A stretch of 64,000 nucleotides of DNA from positions 5,766,001 to 5,830,000 of the forward strand of contig OU015567.1 in the NCBI GenBank assembly GCA_907165135.1, given 5' to 3'. Every line of letters begins with the position of its first letter. Within the stretch, counting starts at the first letter, position 1. The notes beneath the pieces were generated by a model, which was given only the letters and a program-made list of their open reading frames with translations, was not told the origin of the DNA and searched no databases. The DNA is from Oikopleura dioica (Eukaryota > Animalia > Chordata). Below, one piece after another: positions 48,421-60,020 of this stretch. Position numbers and translations under genes: made by a program.

Positions 48421-50003
48421 TTAAAATAATTTGAACTTGTTTCTCTTCGCCATTGACGGATTTAAACTATTAATTTCTGCTTGTTTTGCTTGAAGCTCGC
48501 TCTCTTTGAACTCATTTTCTAAAACAAAAATGCTCATTCTTTTCGTCTGAAAAGAGGGTTGAATCGAACCTGCTTGAATTTCTCGGAAGATATCAGGAAG
48601 ATACTGGCCTTCTTTTCCTCTTTTTCTCAACTCGGAGATTTTTTCTCGAACGTCGTAAATATCTCTTCAAAGAACTTATTGCCGACAAGAAAAAATGACT
48701 GTACCTATCCTTGATGATATCATCCAACAGATCCGCCAGATCAAAAAGAGTCATATCATGTCCACTTTCTCGCGCTTCCTTCGCCGAGGCCACTAGAATG
48801 ACGTTGTCTTTGTGCTTTTCCAAAAAGGCGACGTCAGAAATGTCGATGTGAATCGTCTAAAACCGGGCTGACCTTGAAAAAGAACTGGAAAACATACCGT
48901 CTTAGGATCTCGCCCGAGAACGTCAATATCCTTTTTGTAGTTTCCATCATCATATCGGCAAGAATTTCTGTACAGTTGCCACAGCGCCATGGGAGGCTGC
49001 TCGGTTTTGAAATGACGCTGCAGTTTCTTCGCGAATCTGAAGGTCAAAGGCTCATAAATCGAATTCAACTAATAGAATTACCTGTCTATGATCGGTAAAA
49101 TATCCTGCCCGCTAGCTTCTGTGAAGAAAACAAGCTCGGAATTGGGGAATCCGACTTTGGACATGAAATATTCAGCTCCTGGGCGCGGTTTGAAAGCCCA
49201 GCCGCGGACAGGGTCGAAGTTGGATTCAAAGAGAAGGCCGAGAATTTCCATCGAAATTGTGAATCGAGTCTAAAGGCTTCAAATAGGCGCGAGAAGAGTT
49301 GGTCAATCACCTGAGGGTATGGCGGCTCGAGCGGAGGAGGCAGGGCGATTTTCCACTCCGGCTCAGTCGAAGACAAATAATAATCAAGCCCCAGTTTCAA
49401 GCCAAACCAACTTTCCATGTTCATACTTTCCGCCATGACCGTTTCTAGCGCCTGTTTCCACCTCCATCCAGATGGGAACATGTCGCCAATGGCTTCGTAC
49501 CACTGTTTTGCGCGCTGCGCCTTGTCCCACTCTTCCAGCTCTTTTTGAGTCATTCGCTTTTGCTTCTCTACTGTCATTCGTTCCGGATCGTCGGGCAGTT
49601 GGGAGCAGATTGAAATTAGGTACGCGATGAAGACGCAGCCGAAAATACCACCAAGAATTACCTAAAAGACCATTTTTACAAAAAGCGTGTACGGAAATGA
49701 AAAATGACTCTTAGTAATGAATAAATATCTTCACAAAATTCTGTTAAAAGAATCAGAAAATAGAGCACTCGACTTACTGAAACTGCGCCCTATAAACTAG
49801 CTAGAATCATGCTTGAAATTAGCTTGAATACTCACTTTTTGGATGCTCCCTCCTTCTGGTTCTGTTGCTTCTTCGGAGCTTCGCCTGACGATGTTAATTC
49901 TTTGGACGTTGTGAACTGGACTGGCCAGTTGCCTTTGAAGTCCTGGGCGGAGAGGCTGGATCAGTGATCGCGTCAAGAGTCCGCGAGTCAACAGCCGATT
50001 CAT
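48421..50003 (-). CDS. TIMM50: Mitochondrial import translocase subunit TIM50
   Basis: Presequence MNRLLTRGLLTRS; TM VILGGIFGCVFIAYLI; LPPPLEPPYPQ; GWAFKPRPGAEYF; LYRNSCRYDDGNYKKDIDVLGRDP. Confidence 0.9.
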
Positions 50004-50158
50004 TTTTTACCAAGCTAGAATCAAGAATTTTGAAGAAGGGAAAGAGTTCAGTGAATCAAAGAAGAGGGTTTATCTGTTTGTTGAAGATCGGAATACGAAT
50101 AAGTTGAACGGGGAGAGAAAGAAAGAGAATTCAAGAGTCAAGTTGAAGCAGAAATGAT

Positions 50159-52768
50159 TCAAGATCGCAGATCGACCATTTCGATAGGCGAGTTTAGGTA
50201 TTCAACATTTGGAGCAGCTTCGAATAGCGGTGGGTTTTTGTTGTGGGGGTGGAAGCCTTTTTCTTTGCAGTTGCCTAAAGAATATTTTTAGCGCTAGAAT
50301 TTTGCTTTGAACTACCTATTACAGTCAGGCCCGTTTCTGTCAGCCGAAAAGCTCCGATTTCTTTGTAGTTTGGCTACGAATTCAGTGAATAGAGAGAGCT
50401 AGGCAAACAGTAGCTTACAGAAACGACTAGTGCCAAAGCTTCGGGCAAAAGACTCTGGTACAAGTACTGGTTGTGCATGTCAACAGAAGACAGGAATGCT
50501 TGATAGTCTGGATGTGTGTGAATCCAGCCGAGCATGATTAATTCAGGATGTTGCGCTAAAAAGTTATTTAGCCTTGAATATCGCGAAATATCTCTTACAT
50601 TGGAACTCCCAAATCTGCTCCTCATTCGTCGTCGTGCAAGAATCGTGCGTTCCCTTTTGCTTCGGCAGAAGACAAGTGGTAATTTGAAATCTTCCTTGAA
50701 GACTTTTCGCAAAGAGCATTCCAATCGTTTCGATATTTTGTGAAGAATTGACGAACGCGTATTTCAGGAATTCGGGGCCAAGGAGAGCAGGAACTGTTAC
50801 TTTCTGATGAATTGATCGAGCATTGGCGGAAGGAGCGATGATTTTCAATCCAGGAACTAAAATTAAACCGTTAAACCTAACCCTGTCGAATGGAATGAAC
50901 TACAGTAGTTCGAACTTCGAAGTTCCAATCATATCTAAAATCAATCGACCTTATCGTCGCTCGGCATCATGCACCTGATCAAGCCGGTCAACCTGAATTT
51001 CTGGGTCGCCACTAGCTGGCCTAGCTACTACAAAATCCAAGCGAAAAACCTTTTGCTCATCAAACAACTATCACTTCCAAAAAGAGAAAACAAAACAAAA
51101 TGAGAATCTTCAGCTTCTTATTCGCTCTAACCAGCGTCAAATCGCTCGAAACAGAAGACTTCCTTCTCATGACAGTTCTTGGCGGAAACTCGGGAATGTC
51201 TTCATCTCAGCACAACCAGCTCGGCGGGCTTCTTCCTCTCCTTCTCCTCAGCGACAGCAACGAAAATTCCGACGCGCTGATGATGATGTTGATGAATGGC
51301 GGAACCGACGACATGAACAATCTTCTCCCTTTTCTCCTCCTCGCCGACGACGATGGAGATACCGACATGCTTTCTACCTTCCTTTTACTCACGACCATCC
51401 AGGGCGACTGTAACGTCAACACGAACAGTGCCATGTCCAATCTTCTGCCGCTTTTGCTCTTCTCAGACGATGGCAGCTCACTCGGCTCCAGCTCTGATTC
51501 GCTGATGACGATGCTTATGTTCTCCAGCATGAGCGGCGGCCAAGCGTTGGACATGCAAACTCTCCTCATGCTCGACTTGTTCTCCGACGACGGCACGGCC
51601 AGCGATTTGGACGACATCCTCGTCCTCGTTTTGATGAACTCCATGACCGGCGGCCTCAACTCACAATCCGGCTTCGACAATAACTTCAACATGCTCCTTC
51701 CTTTCTTGCTTTTCTCAAATGAAACCGCTTCCTCCCATGACTCCTCGCTCCTTGTTCTTCTGATGGCGATGCAGACTTCTGCGCCGGGAACAGGCGTTGG
51801 ATCGAACATGCTTTTGCCACTGATGCTGATGGACTCTTCGGGAAGCGATAACAACGAGGACTTGTTGTTTTTCATGATGATGTTCGGCGCTGGCTCGTCT
51901 GGAGGATGCAACCGAATCAACGTCCAGCTCCCTGCTGCCATCAACAACCCACAACCAGTCGTTTACTACGCCTAACCCGCTAGTTTTTTACTGTATTTAT
52001 CTTTTTGTGAACAGTTACTGATACTGTTACTTTCCCCTATTTCCTTCATCCCCACCGTTTTTATAATATGCAATAAAGAACAAACCTATAGAATTAACAG
52101 ATGAAGATGCTGTTGATGTGGATGAGCTTCTAGGCTTGGTAGATCTGTCTGGAACTTGAGGATGTCCTTGTTCGGCCTGATAAGGCGGTGGAGGCAGATT
52201 ATGATCAGCAGCATCAACAGGTGTCGATGTTTCTTTAGGAATGAAACCTTCCGTGTCAATCGTCGAACTTTCTTGTTCCAGCGCTCTACGCTCATTTTCC
52301 AGCACCCACATTTCCTGTTTCGCGCGTTCCATTTCTGCTTCGGCGGCGAGGCGCTTTTGAGTTTCATCAAAAGCGACTTTTTCCTTGGCGAAAATGTCGA
52401 GTAATTTCGATTTTGTGACTTCGGCCAGATTGAGCGCTTCTTTTGCTTGATTTCTTCCATTACTGACTGAATACAAAAATGAGCCAGAATCAAAAAAATG
52501 AAGAAAAACCTATGCTAGAATTGGAAGCTTTGAAGGTCAAAAACTCAGGGTGCTGCTTGACGTGTTTGAGGAATAAAACGCCAATTTTGATTTGCAAAAC
52601 GTACGCTTCCACAAATCTGCGTTGATCGACGAAGAGTTTCTGGTACTTGTTCATTGTCTCCATCGTCCGAAAGTAACGAATGATGGGTGCGCTTATTTCA
52701 AATGTTTGCTCGACACTTTTACTCGCATTTTCATACAGCTCGTTGACTCGATCACTTGGCTCAAGCAT
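50159..52768 (-). CDS. STAMBP: STAM-binding protein / AMSH JAMM deubiquitinase
   Basis: N-terminal MIT-like region (IIRYFRTMETM...EAYVLQIK); JAMM domain NIETIGML..., LGWIHTHPDYQAFLSSVDMHNQ, GFHPH, MVDLRS*. Confidence 0.92.
51100..51975 (+). CDS. Intronless secreted Leu/Met/Asp-rich repeat protein nested antisense in a STAMBP intron
   Basis: 291-aa ORF with signal peptide and repeated LLP(L/F)LL(L/F)SDD motifs; high GC3 compared with flanking DNA. Confidence 0.85.
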   Translation: MRIFSFLFALTSVKSLETEDFLLMTVLGGNSGMSSSQHNQLGGLLPLLLLSDSNENSDALMMMLMNGGTDDMNNLLPFLLLADDDGDTDMLSTFLLLTTIQGDCNVNTNSAMSNLLPLLLFSDDGSSLGSSSDSLMTMLMFSSMSGGQALDMQTLLMLDLFSDDGTASDLDDILVLVLMNSMTGGLNSQSGFDNNFNMLLPFLLFSNETASSHDSSLLVLLMAMQTSAPGTGVGSNMLLPLMLMDSSGSDNNEDLLFFMMMFGAGSSGGCNRINVQLPAAINNPQPVVYYA

Positions 52769-52872
52769 ACTAAACGCGTTCTTTTCTGCTTTTTTTTATT
52801 GAAGAAGTTTTTATTGAAGATGATTGTCTGTTGAAAAAAAGAAGAAGGGAAATTTCAGTATTGCATTTATGT

Positions 52873-53960
52873 TCATAATTTCATGGAATTTTTCGGAATT
52901 GCGGCAAAATCGGACTCCCAGGAGAGTTTTTCGACGATTTGGTGGACGGTTTCGTCGCAGTCTTGCAAAAGAAGCTGGTCTTTCGATCGCTTGAAGTCGA
53001 TATCTGCTCCCAATCCCATCAGTGAACCTTTAAATTTGCTATCTTTTCCGATTTGAAAGCGTTTCTTACCGAGAAGACCTGCTTTTCCAGGTTTAGTTCT
53101 GTTGATGAATAGTCGGGGGACGCCCTTGGCAACTTCTCCGACGAGATTTGCAAAGGGTTGAACAGTTAGGGATGTTCCCAGGACGATGAGAAGGTCGCAC
53201 GCGGAGAAATCGTTTTTGATATTTCTCCAGAGCTTGTCGGGAAGGGCCTCTCCAAAGAAGACGATATCTGGACGGACAACCCCGCCGCAACTTTCACTGA
53301 AGAATTGATTGTCAAAATCAAGCTTTTCATCTTAATTTTTACCATTTAGGAACATAATCGGGATCACCTCCATCAAATTTCTGCCCAGTTTCGCGATCCC
53401 CAAACAGCTGATTTTTCAACCAATCGAGCGAATAGTCCTTTCTGCATTTTACGCAATGATTTCTGTGAAAAGTGCCATGAGCTTCGATGATTTTTTCTTC
53501 GGGAACTCCAGCGATATGTTCGAGAGCATCGATATTCTGAGTGTAGATCCGCTTCAAGATGCGTTTTTCATGAAGCAAGGTGAAGAATCGATGCGTATCC
53601 GTCGGAGTCAATTCTTCTGGAAACAGTTCGCGGACGAGGTGGTAAAACGGCGCCGGGTTTTGCTTGAAATAACTGGCTTCAGGTCAGTTTTCTTCCTGGA
53701 ATGAATTGAAAAAGATAAGATAAGAAAAGAAAGAAAGCCGTTCCTTCAAAAATAGCTTCCGGAAAAGGCAGATTGTACTTTCTCAGCTTGAAGTACAAGC
53801 CAGTAGATGGCGATCGAAAATCAGGAATGCCCGCGCTCGTCGAAATTCCAGCGCCGCACATGATGATCACATTTTGAATCGTCTCGTTTTTGATCGATTC
53901 GATCACTTCTTCCAGGACGCTTTCGCCCAAACTTTGATCACGTGAGCCAAACTGGCCCAT
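52873..53960 (-). CDS. SIRT2: Class I sirtuin, SIRT2/SIRT3-like
   Basis: [36 protein letters not shown], Zn-binding [31 protein letters not shown]; GA-AG intron 53677-53743. Confidence 0.92.
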
Positions 53961-54020
53961 TTTCGCGATATTTTTTCTAAATTATTTTCGATGAATTTTG
54001 AGAAATTGCCGTTTTTTTTT

Positions 54021-54925
54021 CTATTCTGGATTGGCAGATTCAGAGTCGAGTATCTTTGGTTTGAAAATGACCGGCGCTGTTTCGATTTCAACGGAAGGTT
54101 TTGCGACTTTTAAAGCGGGCTCTTCTTCGTTTTCCGACTCCTCGGACTCTTCAGATTCAGCCTCTTTTTCGCCGTTTTCTCCGGCTTGTTTTTTCTTCGC
54201 GGCTTTCTTTTTCGCTTTTTTGGCGGCTTCGATCGCCGCTTTTTTCGCTGCTTTCTTCTTTTTTCGCTTGTCCGCTTTCTGAAAGATTGCTCGGAAATGA
54301 AGAACGGGAGGGTTTTCAAACCTTTTTGGTGGCTTCGGCTTCGGCAGTTCTAGTTTTCTCCAACCAATCGTTGAATTCTTTTTTGTCGTCTTCGGCTTTT
54401 TGCATCGCTCTTCTGTACCCTTCTCGTTGGTTTTCTCGGCGACGGATACCGCTAGAATTCGGTTTTAGGAGGGTTGAAAAGGGGGAGATAGGAAGGAAAA
54501 GGCGGTTGACATTTACCGATAGATATGGAAGTCTCCAGAGCCCGCACCGGCGCTAGAACCCATCACATTTCGGACATATTCGTTTTGCTGCAAAAAAATA
54601 AGGATTTAGAGAAAGTTGAGATTGACGATTTGAAACTTACAGTAGCATCGGGATCGCGCAACTTCCACTCCTTTTTGGCGGGAATGCTGACCGGCTTGTC
54701 CACGTTTTCGAATAACTTGTCGAGCTTGTTTCTTTGAATGTCCGTGTAGTTGTTGATTTTGATCAGGTTTTCCGACTTGTCCGCTGCTTTGTCCGACTTT
54801 TTCCATTCATTCCGGATCACCTAAATTTTCCTTCATTTTTTAAAATTAAAAAAAGAACTTACGAAGCCAGGATTGCAAGGAAGCCCCTTCTTGCCAGGTT
54901 TTTCGAAGATATCTCGATTCGACAT
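54021..54925 (-). CDS. PRKRIP1: PRKR-interacting protein 1
   Basis: [19 protein letters not shown] and [24 protein letters not shown] match the PRKRIP1 signature; Lys-rich then acidic tail. Confidence 0.92.
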
Positions 54926-54938
54926 TTTGTTTTTCTGA

Positions 54939-55260
54939 TTATTTGTTCTTTTTAGTTTCTTTGGGATTTTCCTTCTCTTGCTCTTCTTTTTGCTTTTCTT
55001 CGGATTCTTCTTGAGCTGTTTCTTCAGTTCTTTCTGGCAGCAAGAAGCAGGCAAAGAAACAGATTATCTAAAAGGGATGAAAAAGAAGATAAGAAAGAAA
55101 TAAGAACCTGAAAAACGGCGACAAAGTAAATGCCAACGTCGACGAACTGCTCGAGAGTCGACTTTTGCGGCAAAAGCTTCAGAAGTTCTGGATTTGGTTC
55201 TTCTTCCGGGATCGAAAACAAATATTCTGGAACGTCGTTCGGATCTGGCAGATCGTCCAT
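54939..55260 (-). CDS. MANBAL: MANBAL / UPF0239 small membrane protein
   Basis: TLEQFVDVGIYFVAVFQ|IICFFACFLLP...KETKKNK* parallels MANBAL [27 protein letters not shown]...KETKKKR. Confidence 0.8.
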
Positions 55261-55333
55261 TTTCTTAATCCATCGCCATTGATTGTCTGAAATCACGATT
55301 TTGAATAAAACGAGTCTTCAGGATATGAAAGTT

Positions 55334-55558
55334 TTTATCGAAAAAGACGGATTTTCGCCGCGAAAATTGGCGAAACGAGAATTTTCTTTAGAAAAAAAAC
55401 TATTTTTCATTGTTATTCACTATTTAATCAATAATCAATGAATTATTTGATATAATTCACAAAGTATTGAAAGTTACAAAGAAAAAGTTAGTTTTTTTCT
55501 CCAGAAAATTCAAATTTTTCGCTCATTTTCGCGGCGAAAATCGAGTTTTTTCGATAAA
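55334..55558. repeat. Imperfect inverted repeat (MITE-like) upstream of the operon-like cluster
   Basis: GATTTTCGCCGCGAAAAT (55350) and ATTTTCGCGGCGAAAATC (55525) with extended imperfect arms around an AT-rich core; no clear TSD. Confidence 0.65.
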
Positions 55559-56023
55559 GGATTTAATCAATCCAATAAAGCGAATCTCCGCTGGTCGATT
55601 GAATCAGAAGTTGTTCAGAAGTCCTTGAATTTCAGCGTAAAAAAGGGTTTTCTCGCGCCTTTGGGGCAAACTCCGCGCCCTTGGTCGTTTTGGCGTCCGG
55701 GCGCCCCCGCTCGCGCTTATTGGGCCCGGAGCCAGTTCCAGCTCGAGATGAGACACTTCGAGGTAGTAGAAAACCGCCCAGCTCGCCGAAAATCCACCGA
55801 CCGTTCCAAAACCCAAAATTCGAACCATTTTTCGAAAAAAATATCTTTTAAAAAATTTTTTTCGTCGAAAAATTAATTGAGAAAATGACGATTGTTGGAA
55901 GATATTGAGTTGAAAATTGAAGTCGAAGAAAAGAGAAAGAAGATTTTGAAGAAAAAAATAGAAAAAGAAAAGTGAAAACTTGAAAATTGCGGAAATTGAA
56001 AATTCTGGCGCAGAGCCGTGCCC

Positions 56024-59000
56024 ATGGCCCAGCACGGCAGGAGTGAGGTACATTTTTAATTGACTACAGTAGCGATCATTGAATTAGCTATTATTGACTG
56101 TAATCAAAATGGAGGCTCTGTTACGTTACTGAATTTGTGACCGAATTTGGGAGAAATACGTAACCGAATTTTCATTTTATTTCATTCAAGCGGAAAATAT
56201 CTGTTTTCTAATATCTGTAGATCTTTATCTTCATGATATAGAAAAAATATAGATATTTTCCGCTTGACTGAAATAAACTGGAAATTCGGTTACGTATTCC
56301 TCGGCTCGGCGACCTATGAAGAAAACCTGAGTCAGGGTCTGAAAAGCTGAAATCCAAAGCCGCTTCGCTTTTCAAAATCTGACTCAGGCTTTTTACACAG
56401 GTTGCCGAGCCCCTCTAGACGGTTAAACTTTTGATAAGACAATTTTTTCTTCCCAAATTCGCAATTGAATTTAGTCATTTTTGACAAACATAATTTCATC
56501 TCCTAGTCAGACTTTTAAAATTTCCAAACCACGCAATTTTTAGATTTGCGGCGTCTCTCTTGGCTGGATCGAGCGTGAGAAGGAGCGGTGGGTTTGCTGC
56601 AAAGAACTCAAGGACAGAAGACTGCACAAATCGAATGTTCAGAAAAGGGCGGAGTTTTTGAATCTGCGGCTCCGGTAAGAATGTGAACCAGGTTTTAGAA
56701 TTTGGCTGAAAATGAGCGAGCTATGACTATAGCCTATGAGCGGTGTTTGAGCCGTGAGCGAGCGGAGCAATAAAGCCGCTTGCGGCTTCGAGAATATGAT
56801 AAAAAGCCACGCAAAGCGCGGCTATCGCATCGTTTTCTCGAAGCCGCAAGCGGATTATTGCTCCGCTCGCTCATCGCTCAAATACCGCTCATCGCTCGCT
56901 CATTTTCAGGCAAAAATATATCCCTGATTTGAACGCCTCTTATTCTTTATTACTTTGATAAATTATTCATCTATTTTTGAATAGGGCGGCTTCAGAAGAA
57001 GAAGTAGCTGTATTTAAGAAAATCGGATCGATCGCCTCGCACCGCTGCGGTCCACTGCTGCACGAAGATGACATTATGTTTCTGATAGAATCCTGCGAAT
57101 CCTTTCCTGTTTTTCTTGACTCTTCGTTAGAGAGCCAGAACAGCCCGGAGAAAAGAGATTTGCCGCTTCCAAAAGAAGGAAAAATCGCGAAAGCCGAAAT
57201 TGAACCCGAAAAAGTCGTCAAAAGCGAAGAAAAAATGGCTGCAAAGAAAAGAGGCAGAACGCCAAAGAAAAAGCCAAATAGCGAGGAAATCAAGAAAGCT
57301 GAAGAAATCGAAAAACTGTCCGAGAAGTGTCCGATTTCCGAAGAAAATCCGGCTCCGCGAAAAAGACCAAACAGAGCATCGAAGAAAAGCTACCATGAAT
57401 CATTGAGCGACGAATCGCTAATCGAAGAAATGAGCCGTTCCTCCTCTCCAGAAAAAGAGCCAAGTTCAGCTCAAGAAAACCAGTCCAAAACGGCGAAGAA
57501 TCGAAAGAAAGTCGGAAGACCGCCGAAGAAATCAAAAGATCCGCCAGTAAAAGAATCGAGCGCTGGAAGACCGAGTCGAACTCCGAAGAAAAACTATCAG
57601 GAAAGCGACGAATCGCTTGTAGACGAGGATCTTCTGCCAGGACTTTCCCCAGAAAAGGAGAAAACTTCAAAAGAACCGGCGAAAAAGCGAAATAGCAAGA
57701 AAACGAAAGTCGAAAGCACTTGCTTTCCTTTGGCACTTTCCTTGGAAAAGCCAAGTTCAGAATCAGAATTATCAGCATCATCTCAAGACTCCGCGAAGCC
57801 GCCTCAACATCAAGGTAAACTCCCCCTTTCCCACGAAAGAAATTAACCTGGGAACGCTTCTGTAGATTTAGACTTATCAAAACCACCATCATCATCATCA
57901 GATCAACTGCCGACGTCAGAAGCTACTACCGCGAAGCCGACAACTTCGCCGCCGAAAAGTGCCTTGTCCAAATCCGAAATTACCTCAAATCAAAATGGTA
58001 CAACTTCTCCTTCTAGGCAAGGGCTCTTTTACTCTGATCGAAATTCATCGTCAATGATTATGATGCTAATCCGTAGTTTTAAATCCACTCTTTCTCATAA
58101 AACAACAATCACATGATGAGAAAGAAACAATATTCCTACGTGGATAATGTCCTAATTAACCTAGCAGAATATCTATGTACCAATCTAAAAACTACTATAA
58201 ATAGAAAAAATCAGCCCAAAAAGCAACAGTCGAAAGCCGCGAATAAAATCGATTCGCTCTTCAATCCTCCGTCCCCCGAACTTGACCATCACCGACCTGG
58301 GCAGAATCGAGTTCTCGGAAGAAATGCTCAAAGCCGCCAAGCTGTGGAAATCGCCCAAGAAGCTCCTGCGCGAGCAGCTGGAAGTCGAGCGCCTCGCCCG
58401 CCAAGCCAAGAGAATTCTAGAGCGAGAAAAGAAACAGGCCGAAAAAGAGGCGAAGCGAATCAAGAAAGAGGAGAAAATCAACAAGGACTTGTCTCTCAAA
58501 AAATCGCCAGCACGGCCAGATCGTCTGCGACAATCGATAAAAGCGCCAGACAAATCGCTGCCTTACGAAAAGAAGGGAGAAGTGGCGAAAACTAGAATAA
58601 AGAAATCCGCTAATGGAAAAATCACAAAAGACCGATCTTTGACGAAAAAGCGCAAATCTTTCCCCGAAGCGCCAAAAAGCATGCCACCGCCTCCCGAGCC
58701 AGAACAGCCACAAGTTCTGGGCTGCGTGACGTTCAAATCGGGCGATAACATCATCCGAAGATCTCCGAGAAAGTTGCCGGAAGCGGCGAAAACCGCGGTG
58801 AACCAGCAAACTGGGGTGATTCCTTATGCTTTTGCAGCGCTGCTGGGAAATACTCATGGAGTTATTCCAGCTGGCTTGACGGAAAAACACTTTTTGAGGT
58901 AAGCTCAATTATTTGTAATTCGATTCTCATCCTTCTTCTATAAAGCTATCGGCCTGCAATGAAGCGCGCCTCGAACCACTGGCTAGAAGAAATCGATTCG

Positions 59001-59297
59001 GGCTTGGACTCGACAGACGAGCTAGCTGCCCTGCAAGTTCTGCTGAATCAAAGTCAGAAGGATGCAAAGCGAGTGCGAAAGCAGCATAAACCAGAGCGCA
59101 AAAATGCTAAATTGGAGAGCAACGAGCTTTCTGACAACAAAAACGGCTCCGAAGGCGGCTCAACTTCGGGAGACTCGGGCCGAGAAACTCCCACGACCGC
59201 CGGGGACGTTTTCAAACCTTTTTCACTTCAGGAATGGCTCGAAGAAATTACAGCGGGCAATCTCAAAGAAGGCCCTGTCGCTCCGATCTCAAAGTGA
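56024..59297 (+). CDS. SKIDA1: SKI/DACH-domain (SKIDA1-like) nuclear protein with AT-hook-like motifs
   Basis: Exons 56024-56047, 56544-56674 and 56985 onward give MAQHGRSEICGVSLGW...KSNVQKRAEFLNLRLRAASEEEVAVFKKIGSIASHRCGPLLHEDDIMFL, similar to the recalled SKIDA1 domain; KRGRTPK and KVGRPPK motifs; later exon boundaries uncertain. Confidence 0.65.
56151..56302. mobile_element. Palindromic MITE in intron 1 of the SKIDA1-like gene
   Basis: AATACGTAACCGAATTT...TCAAGCGGAAAATATCT versus AGATATTTTCCGCTTGA...AAATTCGGTTACGTATT. Confidence 0.8.
56303..56412. mobile_element. Copy of the CTGGGCTCGG MITE family in intron 1 of the SKIDA1-like gene
   Basis: GGCTCGGCGACCTATGAAGAAAACCTGAGTCAGGGTCT...CTGACTCAGGCTTTTTACACAGGTTGCCGAGCCC; spacer shares AAAGCCGC with the 19243 copy. 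Confidence 0.85.
56701..56914. mobile_element. Palindromic MITE in intron 2 of the SKIDA1-like gene
   Basis: CTGAAAATGAGCGAGC...GGAGCAATAAAGCCGCTTGCGGCTTCGAGAA versus TTCTCGAAGCCGCAAGCGGATTATTGCTCC...GCTCGCTCATTTTCAG. Confidence 0.8.
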
Positions 59298-60020
59298 GGG
59301 TATTCGGGGGTTAACTTTGGGAGTTCCCAATGAAGCTTTAATCAAATCATTTTTACTCTGTATTTTCTCGAGCCATTTATTCAGAAACTAAAGCTAGAAT
59401 CTACCAGCACGGCCGAGATCTTCAACGAGCTCGACGCGCGCAGCTATTCCTTATCCTCATTTTGCCTCGGCCGCAATTACCGGCCAGAACACTCCTAGAA
59501 ACCGTTCCATCAATCAATCGACCATCATTTTTTTTTCTCATTACCACGCCCTTCTGTTCCACTGTACTGACTTCCATGACCGTGTTCCGAAAAATTCCGC
59601 TAGTGCTGTAACTCATTTTTTAAAGATTTATATTTTAGAATTCCAAAAATTTTAATACTAAAAAATCGAGAAACTTGCAACTCCTTTTTTTGTAGAATTG
59701 TGCACTTCTATCTAATAAACATTCTTCCAGCAATTTAAAAGGCTCCTGAATTATTTTAAATAATATATAAATTTATTCAGTTGCTTGGTTATTTACAGAA
59801 TACAGAAAACATGAAGCGTGGTCTTGAATGAAGAGGGATGATTTTTGATGGTATAACTTGCTAGCGGTAGAATTCAATCTAATAGATAGTAAATGCTGAT
59901 CTCGAAATAAGCGGAAAATACAGAAGTCATTACTGTAATATTGTACAAAATTTTACAGCGAACCTTGGTTTGAAACTTTGAAATAAATAAGTTGGTTAAA
60001 GCTGAATTAGTTACTGAATA

